DNA from: Gekko japonicus
Lineage: Eukaryota
Assembly: GCF_001447785.1 (NCBI RefSeq)
Contig: NW_015167537.1
Coordinates: 572,016 to 636,015 of the forward strand
Length of the DNA: 64,000 nucleotides
Reading direction: 5' to 3'
The notes below the pieces were generated by a model. The model saw nothing but the letters and a program-made list of their open reading frames with translations, ran no database searches and was not told the DNA's origin. Both the position numbers and the translations under genes were made by a program. Positions 39,401 through 50,491 of the stretch are shown one piece after another. Numbering within the stretch: the stretch's first letter is position 1; each line of letters starts with the position of its first letter.

Positions 39401-40218
39401 AACATTCTCCAAAAGTCGGGCCCTTTATTCTGTGTGTCTGAAATTTTGCAGCATTCTAGGGGTATCCTCAGGGAATACTACAATCCCTCTGAGTTTTGTC
39501 CAGCTTGAATGAAAAACTGCAAGGGTACAGATCCAAGAAAAGGGGGTGAGGTCTTCCATTGAAATCAGTGGGCAATAATAATGAGAGAATAATGAAAATG
39601 AAACAAAATAAAAAAGGAAAATGACAAACATGAAAATGAAACAAAGATAACAAAAGAAACAATAACAAAACCAAACTATACAAAATGAACTCCCATGCAC
39701 AGATTTAGAGCCTACCAAAAGGATAGAAATATCCTGATTTGGTGTGTTATGGCACCTTAATGGCTAACACATTTATTGTGGCATGACTTTCAGATCGGAG
39801 TGATTCATTAGATTGCATATCAAGTTTATGGCATCACAAATGTGCCTTCTAAATCCAAAGCAAAACTCAGTCACTTTTAATTATCAGTAAATATGACTTC
39901 TGCAGGGAAAAGTATAAACCTACCAAGATAAATAAATGGTCACAAGATTGTGCTGAGTAAATAAATAGATTTTAAGGCTCAATCTATTTCAATTTCACCC
40001 TTGGGACTGGCTGTTCTCAAAAAAAGTTCTTTGAACAAATGGAATGTGACATTTCTTCAGAATTAATAGTGGCTGGGCAAGTTGAAAGTGAAAAGTTAAC
40101 CCTTCCAGAGTATGGAAGCTTTGCTTTTAGAACATTCCATAGTGAAATAAAGTATTCCTTTGTTTATAAAGTGGGGTAATAAATATGTCATGTCTGCTTG
40201 GTCAACTGAGGTGCAAAT

Positions 40219-40508
40219 GAGAACAAATTTTGCACTACTACCCACTAATATTAGGAGGGATAGCTAGGAAGCTACCAATTAAACATTGGTGGGTAGTAGT
40301 GCAAAATTTGTTCTCTATTAACTATGAAGACAGGATGTATTTTGGGTTTAAACCTCAAGTTTGTTTTCACAAACCTTAACTTCCAGACAAAACTTATTAG
40401 GAGGAATAGCTAGGAAGCTAACAATTAAACAAGTTTTGTCTGGAAGTTAAGGTTTGTGAAAACAAACTTGAGGTTTAAACCCAAAATACATCCTGTCTCC
40501 ATAGTTAA
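40219..40508. repeat. Twin inverted repeat with a duplicated 35-nt spacer
   Basis: Stem 1: 40219-40249/40285-40315; stem 2: 40318-40395/40431-40508; spacers 40250-40284 and 40396-40430 identical at 33 of 35 positions. Confidence 0.95.
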
Positions 40509-40548
40509 AAGAGACAGATGCAAATGGAAGATACTGATCTGTTCCCCC

Positions 40549-40981
40549 TAGGGTTGCCAGGTCCTTCCTCGTCCCCAGTGGGGGACTTTGGGAGGCATTT
40601 CTGGAGGAGGCAGGCCACAGGGACATCCCAAACACGAGGAGTTTATGCAAAAGTGACATCATCATGTTGGGAACCAGCGCCCTGGCGCCTGAACTCCAAG
40701 TGGAGAATTCGCTGCTTGGAATTCAGGCATGTGGCCAGCAGATGTCACCCCTCTCCCTCCCCTCCTGCAAGATTTAAAGGCCCCTCTAACTGGTCAGCAG
40801 GCCATGTGCTCCCACTGATCTGCTGGACTGCCCTTTAAATCTTGCAGGAGGGGAGGGAGGGGGTGGCCGCTGGTGGTCACTGTTGGGATCAGGGTTAGGG
40901 GCAGGACTTCCCCAGCTGGCCAGTGGTGGGCAGGAGCCTGCCAATTCAGAGGATCCCCCCCCCCCAGGACTGGCATCCCTA
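40549..40981. mobile_element. Non-autonomous hAT element (TAGGGTTGCCAG termini)
   Basis: TAGGGTTGCCAG...CTGGCATCCCTA; internal inverted repeat CCCTCCCTCCTGCAAGATTTAAAGGGC / GCCCTTTAAATCTTGCAGGAGGGAGGG. Confidence 0.8.
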
Positions 40982-41068
40982 GCCCCCCCCCATTTCCATA
41001 TTGGAAATTGTTCTGTTTTCTTAACAATTTAAGAGACCTGTAACTGAAGTTTCACACCACTCCTTTTG

Positions 41069-41318
41069 TAGGGAAGCCAGCCTCCAAGTGGGACCTGGGG
41101 ATCCCCCAGAATTACAGTTTATCTCCAGGCAATGGAGATCAGTTCCCCTGGAGAAAATGAATGCTTTGGAGGTTGGACTCTATGGCATTGTACCCCACTG
41201 AGGTCCTTGTTCTCCCTAGGCTTCATCCTCAAATCTCCAGGAGTTTCTCAACCTGGATCTGGCAACCCTGCCTCCCCTTCTCTCGCTGGTGGCGTGGGGG
41301 GCGGGGGCTGGCAACCCT
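41069..41318 (+). mobile_element. hAT MITE (TAGGGTTGCCA family)
   Basis: Similar to 26613 and 45778 copies; ends TGGCAACCCTG. Confidence 0.75.
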
Positions 41319-41713
41319 GTTCCCCAGAATTCTCTTACCTCTGCACTGGTGAATTCTATTATAGCTTATACTGATGCTGACATTTGAAAGTAAATCCATT
41401 TTTTTCTGGCAAAGCTTTTAATTATTAGAAAATTCGATAGTTACTTAATTTACACCTTCCCTTGCTATGGCTCTCTCATGTACCAACCCATGGGTCTACA
41501 CCCAAAAAAGTTGGTTAGGAAGCCACTGAAAAGTGAGTCATGGGCCAGCCCTCCCTAATGGCCGCTTCTGCCCTTTCCATTGCTCTCTTTTGTATTTTGG
41601 AAGCCAACCTCTGAAACTGGAAACAGCCTCTTCCATGTCATACATTAGTTGGGTTTTTTTTCTTCTTTACTGCATATACATGTTTGTCAAATATAACATG
41701 TCCTGATGGATGA

Positions 41714-43253
41714 TAAGCAGTGGGGTACCGCAGGGATCAGTACTTGGTCTGATGCTTTTTAACTTGTTTATTAATGATTTGGAGTTGAGAGTAAGCAGTG
41801 AAGGGGGCTAAATTTGCAGATGACACAAAGTTGTTCAGGGTGTTGACAACCAGGGAGGATTGTGAGACACTCCAAAGGGATCTGTTGAGGATGGGTCAAG
41901 TTGGCAAATGGGGTTCAATGTGGCCAAGTGCAAAGTGATGCACATTGGAGCAAAAAATCCTAACTATAAATACATGTTGATGGGGTCTGAACTGATAGAG
42001 ACTGACCAAGAGAGAGATCTTGGAGTTGTAGTACACAGTGTGTGACTGCAATTAAAAAGGCCAACACTATGCTGGGGATTATTAGGAAGGGAACTGAAAA
42101 TAAATCAGCCAGTATCATAATGCCCCTGTATATATCGATGGTATGTCCTCATTTGGAGTACTGTGTACAGTTCTGGTCACCACACCTCAAAAAGGATATT
42201 ATAGCATTGGAAAAAGTGCAGAAAAGGGCAACTAGGGCCCCTGCCACACGGCAGGGGAAAAGGCGCTTGAAGGCGCGGCTTTTAAAAGCCGCGCCAACGT
42301 TGACACGGCGCGGCGGGATCTCACGGATCCCCCGGCCGCGCCGCCGTTTCTCCCCGGCGCGATCAAACGCCGGGGAGAAAACACGGCCCTAACCGGGGGC
42401 CGGCTGAACTGCGCATGTCTGAGCATGCGCAGTTCGTCTCCGGCCCGGGGTTGTGCCGGCGCGTCCTTGCGCCGGCGATCAAACGGCCGGGAAGAGGCGC
42501 CGCATCCACTTGAACCACCGAGATAGGTGGTTCAGTTTGAGGCGCGGTTTCCAAGAATAGAGACAGTTCGGGGACGGAATCACGGCGCTTCCCAGATGTT
42601 GTGGTGTGATCGCGCCGGTTTGAACCGCCCCCGAACTGTCCCGCTCCCGGACCAAATAGGTGAGTGTGAACGGGACCTAGAATGATAAAAGGGTTGGAGC
42701 ACTTTCCCTATGAAGAAAGGCTAAAGCACTTGGGGCTCTTTAGCTTGGAGAAACGACGGCTGAGGGGTGACATGATTGAGGTTTATAAGATTATGCATGG
42801 GATAGAGCAGGTCGAGAAAGAAGTACTTTACTCCCTTTCTCACAATATAAGAACTCGTGGGCACTCCATGGAATTGCTGAGCGGTCGGGTTAGAACAGAT
42901 GAAAGGAAGTACTTCTTCACCCAAAGAGTGATTAACACATAGAATTCACTGCCACAGGAGGTGGTGGCAGCTACAAGCATGGACAGCTTCAAGAGGGAAC
43001 TGGATAAACATATGGAGAAGAGGTCCATCAGTGGCTATTAGTCACAAGGTATAGATAGGAACTTCTAGGCTGGGGCAGGTGATGGACTGTATTCTTGGTG
43101 CTTGGGGGAGGCAACAGAGGGAGGGCTCCTAGTGTCCTGGCCCCACTGCTTGACCTCCTGATGGCACCTGGTATTTTTGGCCACTGTGTGACAGAGTGTT
43201 GGACTAGATGGGCCATTGGCCTGATCCAACACTGGCTTCTCTTATGTTCTTAT
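41714..43253 (+). mobile_element. CR1 LINE, 5'-truncated (end of RT domain to 3' UTR), interrupted by a MITE
   Basis: SGVPQGSVLG, KFADDTKL, KANTMLGIIRKG...PHLEYCVQFWSPHLKKDIIALEKVQKRATR and MIKGLEHFPYEERLKHLGLFSLEKRRLRGDMIEVYK; tail TTCTCTTATGTTCTTAT. Confidence 0.95.
42236..42677. mobile_element. GC/CpG-rich MITE, PIF/Harbinger-like, 3-bp TSD TAG
   Basis: Removing it restores CR1 ...GCAACTAGAATGATA (ATRMI); imperfect TIRs GGCCCCTGCCACAC / GTGTGAACGGGACC. Confidence 0.78.
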
Positions 43254-43630
43254 TGAGCTTCTTAGAATCTTAGGGGGGATTAGAGAGACTAATGGAGAAG
43301 GAGAGGGTGGTCAAAGGCTGGAAAGTAACCTCTATATGCAAAGGCTGTATATCAGAATGCCAGTTCCTTAAGGTTCATAGTGGGGGCAGCTGCACCCTTT
43401 GTGCTATGCTTGTTGGTTTCTCGTAATGATCTGGTTAGCCACTGTAGAAAATGGAATGCTGAACTAGATGGATGCCAAGGTCATAGTTTACCTAGGGTGA
43501 CAAAAAACCTCGGGGCAGCCTTGGATGAGTCACCATACTAAGTAAATTTGAACCTGTGAGTCAGCCATACCAAAAGGGGGTGTACCACTGTACCAGAGTT
43601 TTCATTGTGTAGCAGCATCTTTTGTTGGCT

Positions 43631-43847
43631 TAGGGCTGACCACCTCCAAGTGGGGCTGGAGTTCTCCCAGAATTACAACCAGTCTCCAGACTACAGGGAT
43701 CAGTTCCCCTGGAGGAGATGGCAGCTTTAGAGGGTGAGCTCTGTGGTATCACATCCTCGCTGAGCTCTGTTTCTTCCCCAGATTCTGCTCTCCACAAGCT
43801 CTACCCCAAATCTCCTGGAATTTCATGACTGGGAGTTGGCAACCATA
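43631..43847 (+). mobile_element. hAT MITE (TAGGGTTGCCA family)
   Basis: TAGGGCTGACC...TGGCAACCATA; degenerate TSD TGTTGGCT/TGCTGGTT. Confidence 0.75.
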
Positions 43848-45676
43848 TGCTGGTTTCATACCTCATTTGGAGAGACAAATGACTAGGCCTCCCTTTGCTC
43901 CACCCCCTCCCCAGGTTGATTTTTTCCAGTCACTCACTACACACACTCCTCCCAATATGCAAATTAAATATTTCATTGCTCCACCCAACAGCATATATCC
44001 CCAAAGTTCTACACTTTAATTGACAGCTTCCACTTTATTTTTAAAATCACAACAAAATACACAGATCCCATTTGTAGAAGCAAACACAGAGCTTGGCTTT
44101 TTAAACATTTGGGAAATTAATACAGGGCCTCCATTATTTCTCACTCTCACCTGGAATCATTTTGGGGTTTGGGTCAGTAGTCCTAGATTGAAGTCAGGAG
44201 GTTTGCTGCCTGCTTTATAAATGTAAGGAAGTAGAAGCAGGAGAATAAAAATTCAGATGCACAATTTTGCATGATATTTTTATCTTCCTGATGGATAAAA
44301 AGGCATATTTATCTTCCCTTTCTTGGCCCTAGTGGGAGAGATTAAACTGTCTAATTTCTTTTTCCTTTTAAAAGACCACAATGCCCCAAGAATTGTATGA
44401 GCAATATAGACAGCTTCCGGGCTGCGGCGCAGCAAGGCGGTTGAGATTCAGGTGAGCTCCCGAGAATCGCCGACATTCTGCACCTATGGGGGGTGCTCTG
44501 GTCACTCGAGACCCCACCGACTCTTTCAAAGAGAAAGTCGGTTGCAGGGGACTTACCCTGATCTCCCCGCAAGTGGCAGCAAGCGGCTGGAAGACCAAGG
44601 TTGTCCCGAAGCATGGTGCAGAGCGGCACAGTCATGGAGCCATGACTGTGATAAGCTGTGAACACCCGACTACAAAAGCTTGAACCTCACCTTAACATCA
44701 GTGAAGATAAGAACTGATGTGAGTACCTGTAACTGCAATGACTTATCTCCAAAGATATCTTGATTTCGCCCCTTTAAATTTTCCAAAAAGATAAGGGAGC
44801 GAGAGGTGGAGTTTCCCCCCTCCTCCTTCCCCTTCGTGAGTAGCTGCCAAGAGACTGGGAAGTTAAAATCCTTGAAATATTCAGCGGGGCAAAAAAGACT
44901 CAACTACTGCTATTTGAACATTTCAGTAGACTTAACTGCGATCACTATCTGGAGTTTATACTTTTGAATTTACAATGCATTGCTTTTTCCTCTTACTTCA
45001 TGGGATTTAAAAACAAAAGGGACTTGGTTAAAATGGATTCTGGCTACTTTTGAAGGTGTGACTGCTCTTAAGACTGTGTTTTAACATTGAAAATTTACCT
45101 AAGAGTGATTCCTTCTAAGAAATATTAAAGAGACTCCATATTGTTTGGTCTATGTGGAAAGATTGTTGGATTTTAATGTAGCTACTGAGTCTGGTGTTTT
45201 GAATTAGCAACCAGCTCTGTGAGACTGTTTGGGAAAGTAAACAAGACAGAACTGACCTTGAGCAACAGACTGGAGCTGTGATTCAAGATTAAAATGGAGT
45301 TACAAAATAATTACAAAGAAGCAGAGGCGTTAGAAGACCCAGATGATATACAAAACATGCAATTTAACCTGCAACAATTTTTAGAGATGCTTGAGACCAC
45401 AATTCAACGAGAGATCCAGAATACTTTTCATAGACTATATCTTCATGTGTTCAGATGCATCAGTAATTCTGTATTTCCTGCACCCAGGTATTATAACATT
45501 ACTATACTGATGACTTTAGTTCTAAACTCAAGACAAATATGTATATTATGTCCATTCAACTGTGGCCTTCATTCCTGGATCTTACATTATCAGGACTCAC
45601 ACAGGTTTAACTTGGGCATTCCCAAGCAGATTTCAGGATTCTGACTTTAACCATTTTGCATGTAACATTTATCAGA

Positions 45677-46140
45677 GCCAGTGTGTTGCAGTGCTTTGAG
45701 TGTCAGACTAGGATCTGGGAGATGTAGATTTGAATCCCCACTTTGTCATGGAAGCTTCCTGAGTGTTCTTGCTTAAGTAGGGTTGCCAGTCTCCAGCTGT
45801 CGGATGGAGATATTCCCAGAATTACAACTTGTCTCCAGGTTACAGAGATCAGTTCCCCTGGAGGAAATGGCTGCATTAGAAGATGAACACTATGGCATTA
45901 TACCTCATTGAGGTACCTCCAGTCCCCAAGCCCTTCCCTCATCAGGCTCCACCCCTGTAGTTGCCAGGTATTTCCCAACCTACAGGTGACAACCCTATGT
46001 GGAAGTCACACACACTCTGAGCCTAACAGGGTTGTTGTGAGGATAAAAAAGGAGGTAAGGAGAACAGTGTAAGCTGCTTTAGGTCCCCATTAGGGAGAAA
46101 GGTGAGGTATAAATGAAGTAAAGTGAATGAATAAATAATA
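45677..46140 (+). mobile_element. Squam3-like SINE interrupted by a hAT MITE (45778-45997)
   Basis: SINE head GCCAGTGTGTTGCAGTG...TTTGAATCCCCA, resumes CAGGGTTGTTGTGAGGATAAA with A-rich tail; insert bounded by TAGGGTTGCCA / TGACAACCCTA. Confidence 0.8.
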
Positions 46141-48191
46141 AGAACCTCTGTTGACAGATGTCACAATGGCTCCTGTGTTTTCAAAAATGTAACCTGGACA
46201 TCCCTGAAATCAAGGGAAAAACAAATTGTAATTTGTGGTGATTAGAATGATGCTACAAAACATACAACAGCAGTGGTTCCTCAGTCCAAGGAGGGCTTCC
46301 CAAGAGAAGTATGGACATTGGCTACGGAAGACGTGAACTCCTCCTCTGTTCTGGAGAGCTGCTGCCAGTCAGAGCATACAGTAGTGAGCAAGATGGATTT
46401 GATGTCAGGCAGTTTCAAGTTATAATAAAAGTTATTCCTCCCAGCTCGTTCCACCTGCTAAAAACTTAGCTTGCTGTAGGTTCATGGAGGAACCGTGTGT
46501 ATTTTGCAAGATTCATCTTTACATATGGCATGCCTCTTTTTAGGCCTAGAATTCAATCCGACTGGGATTCCAGGTGAACCTTCCATTTGGCTTGTAACTG
46601 TTTGAAGAGAAACTTCAGGGAAACATTATCAGTTTTGTCTTAGTTGCATATAGGTATTTTCTTGACTTGGGAAGATCCATTATGACAAAGCGCTTGGCAA
46701 TCCCATCTTCCCTTTGCCCCTTTGAGATTCCTTTTGTGTATCCTAACCATCTGCAGTTCAGTGAAGCAGGAGGTTGGTATCCTCTTACTGAAGCAGAAGG
46801 CCAAACGCTCGTTGACACAGTGCACAAAGAGAGCACTGTAGGCTCTATAGAAGGAAAAGGGTCTTAGGTGTGTAATCAACAAGATGAAATGGTCCATTGC
46901 CCTTAAGAGCCAAAAGAGACAAGAGCTGGCAATTGAGCTTGTTGCAGCCAAGGAGGGGATAAGTTCATTACACTCCCCTGAAGCTGTTAAAGGCTATGCC
47001 AAAAGATTTATTGTTTTCTTTTAAAAGCATGTTTTAAAGATAAAAAATGAGAGCACAGAGAGACTGTAGGACAGAATGAAAAATGATGATACCCAACAAA
47101 AAGGAACAGTTTGAAAAGGCTAGATTTGCTCCCTACTGTATGTTAAAGCCTGCTAGCTGTGATTATTTATTTAAATATTTTGATCCTCCTACACTGGGGA
47201 CTCAAAAGCAGCTTACAAAATAAGATCAACAGTAGAAATTTAAACAAAAACTGTAAAAGCAACCAGGCCTCTCAGTACAAATTGAAGCAGGTGTTGAGCC
47301 ACGAGGACATCCAGGTGGTGATTCTGCTGGACTGGCTCATGCAGGACCACAGGCTGAAAGAGCAACAACTTGTCCCCCTTCCTGCTGCAGACTCACATTT
47401 TTGTCCCACACCCTGTTCATGGGGTCCCTTAACCCACAGGAGCACACTTTGGGGCACAAAAGCTTAAAACGAGAAGGAAAGTTGTCTTCCTCTAGTGTGA
47501 CTCCACTTGCGCTGCTTATGATCCAAGCCTTTATATCTGAAAATATGTGTGTCCGTCTGTGGTTGTATATGACACAAAAGAGAATAGGGCAGTGCCTGCA
47601 GATATTTTGTCAGGATGCCTACCACAGATTAAACTGCTAGTGAAAATATCTTTGACTCATAAAGAGACCTACTTTGGTGTATATTAGCAACTTAGGGCAC
47701 ATGCGGCTCTTAAAAAAAAAAAAACTTTAAAATGTATCTACTTAAAGTGTGGTTTTTGCTTTTTTTCCCCTTTGTCCCAAGCAGAAATCCAAGGCATTTT
47801 TAAATCTTTGCTGCTTATGAAATATTGTTTACTAAAAATGTTCCCTAAAATTAAATTAGCTGAAGGTAGATAATAGAAAAGCTGCTTAGAACAGCTTCCT
47901 GGTAAGGAAGCACAAAATTCTTCGTGTAAGGAGCTTCATAAGCTTTATATGCACAGCCAGCAAGTGCCCTTCCAGTTTCCAGGACTAGATGATTAAAATG
48001 CTTTTAAAGCTCTTATTTTTGGAATACAAAATTTACTTGGAAACATACAGTGTCTTATGTTGTTGGAATGAAGGTTTGTGTTAAACAATAACAACCCCCT
48101 CCCAAGAAAAGCTTTCAATATTTGCATCACTAGATGTGAGATAACAAGATTATGGGTGATTCCATGGTCCTGCGGTAAGTACTTTGATTGC

Positions 48192-48307
48192 AAAGGAGGA
48201 GCTGTGTTAGTCTGTTGTAGCAAAACAAAAGTCCAGGGGTCCCTTCAAGTCTAACAACATTTATTTCAGCATGAGCTTTTGTGAGTCACAGCCTACTTTG
48301 TCAGATA
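48192..48307 (-). mobile_element. Penelope-like element terminal fragment
   Basis: GCTGTGTTAGTCTG...TCTAACAACATTTATTTCAGCATGAGCTTTTGTG; related pieces at 1700-1750, 17213-17310, 26060-26165, 26487-26570. Confidence 0.65.
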
Positions 48308-49101
48308 GATAAGTAAGTATATCAGCTGTGAATGACATCTGTCTGGCACAATGACAGGACAGCCTAGCCAGAGCCACTTTCATAGCTCCCCGTTGCAGCA
48401 CTGGGCTGGCACATCTGCCAGGAATTCAGCTTAGTGTCACCTAGAAGGGGTGTGTTTGTGTGCGGTGGCATTTTAGAGAGACTGCTAAATTTGGGGGAAA
48501 GATAGCCTTGTCCACTGGCATCTGTGAGCCTTGGCACTGCAGCAGTTCACTGGTCCTCTTCATCTGGCCTTCAGCATAATCCTTTTATGTTATCTGTCTT
48601 TGTTCCAAAAATCATTTCTTAAGAACATTAAAATCCTGATGCTACAGTGAGGTCTTCATGGGAAAGGATTATAAAACTGTCAGGGTTAAGTTAGTGTTTG
48701 GGGTGCAGGATATTAACAGCCATTCCAGTACATTATTGCAAATCATAATGTGCTCATGTCATTGCAACGTGACATCAGTTCAGCTGGGAGATATGCTGTC
48801 AGAAATGCTTAAGATTTACTTGTTAATGGATTTGCGGTTGCAAAGAGATGAACGTGTACCTTTGTAGAATCAAGATTGAAGCTTCTCTGGAAACTTACCT
48901 AAATTCCATCTCATAGAGGATGCTGTTTAAGATTAAACCAAGCAGTCAATCACACACAGTACAGCAAGTGCCAACCCTCCTTCTGCTTAAATCATTGGGT
49001 GGGGGTTGGTTAAAAAGTTTGCTTGTTAATGGATGAAATCTAGTGGGAACATCTCATCACAAGCCCCTTTAAAATTTAAAGTCAGGTGTATTTTAATAGA
49101 A

Positions 49102-49450
49102 GGAGCAGTGGTGGCTCAAGTGGTTAAGATGCTGAACTGCAGGCTGTGGAAGGTCAGTAGTTCAGCAGTTTGAGACCCAAGTGTGCCACATGATGGAGTG
49201 AACTCCCGTCTCTAGTTCCAGCTCCTGCCAACCTAGCAGTTCAAAAGCAAGAAATTGCAAGTAGATAAATAGGTACCACTTCGGTGGGAAGGTAACAGCG
49301 TTCCGTGCGCCTTGGTGTCTAGTCATACCGGCCACATGACCACGGAAACATCTTCGGTCAGCGCTGGCTCTTCGGCTTTGAAACGGAGATGAGCACCGCA
49401 ACCCTAGAGTCGGACTCGACTGGCTTTCGAGCAAGGGAACCTTTACCTTT
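49102..49450 (+). mobile_element. Sauria SINE, full length with TSD
   Basis: GGAGCAGTGGTGGCTCAAGTGGTTAAG head, ACCTTTACCTTT tail, TSD TATTTTAATAGA at 49089-49100 and 49450-49461. Confidence 0.94.
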
Positions 49451-50283
49451 ATTTTAATAGAGCTTGAGCTGTCCTGGTGGAATTGTGTTCATTATGAGCA
49501 ACAGGTGAAAGTCTAAAGAGCTCTGTTGCAAGCCAGTTGCAACTGAGAAGTACTCCAAACAGATACTCTATCTGCTATTTTTTAATATCAACTAGCCTCA
49601 TAGCTGCCATAGGAAATGGTGGTAAATACAGATAGTATCCTAAGTACAGTAGTAAACTTCCAGCCTCTTGTGATTCTAGAAAGAAAAATGTCATGTGTAG
49701 CATTTCCTAATAATTCTGAAGCAACAGGCATCTATGTTAATCATCACGGATCAGATGGCAGGGTATCCATATCCTGTGCTCTGCAATGGCATGAGGATTA
49801 AGAGACAGCTGCTTGAACTGAAACACAATCTGATGTTTGGCATAATCTGGCTTTAGATGCTGCTGCACCATAACATTTCTGATCTGCCTTCTTTTGCTTA
49901 CCCTGGCATCTCAGTGTCCATCATTTTCTTCCTTCTCCTGCCCTCCTTCTGCCCAGTTAATGTGTTCTGTTCTCATCTCATTCCAGATGTCCACTGAATT
50001 GCACTACACTGTAGCCTTTTATAAAAAGTGATACATCCATCTTACTACATGTTCACCAAAAAGAGTCTTTATTCAGCATTATCTCACATATAGGACATAA
50101 ACCAATTTAAGATAAAGTCTGGCTATTGATCCCAGGATGTAGACTTTTCTTAACACAAGCTGAAGAATAACATTTAACTATCAGCAATTTATACTGCTGT
50201 TGTTGCACATTGGTGAACCCAAGAGCCCTGTATCAACTCTCATACATTTGATAGGCTGAGTCTGCTGCTATGAATTGCCCAAT

Positions 50284-50491
50284 CAATGCTCCCTCTAAGC
50301 TGCAGAGTCTTATGAGCAAAAGTTCTACTTTGTGAGCTACTGGCATTAAAGTTGTGAGCAAGCAATTTGGTGACTGCATACATTAGTTTGCTCCAGAACC
50401 ATCCCTTCCTGAGCTGAGACAAAAATCTGTGAGCTGGAGGCTAAAAAAACTGTGACCTAGCTCACACTAACTCAGCTTAGAGGGAACACTG
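50284..50491 (-). mobile_element. hAT MITE (CAGTGTTCCCTCTAAGCTG family)
   Basis: Reverse-complement copy of 28907-29113. Confidence 0.87.

Noticed and set aside
38204-39482. Possible solo LTR on the minus strand
   Set aside because: TG...CA ends can be drawn but no matching TSD, PBS or second copy is visible
40219-40508. CRISPR-like array (35-nt repeated unit with spacer)
   Set aside because: Only two copies, eukaryotic context, no cas genes; the intervening sequence is inverted flank
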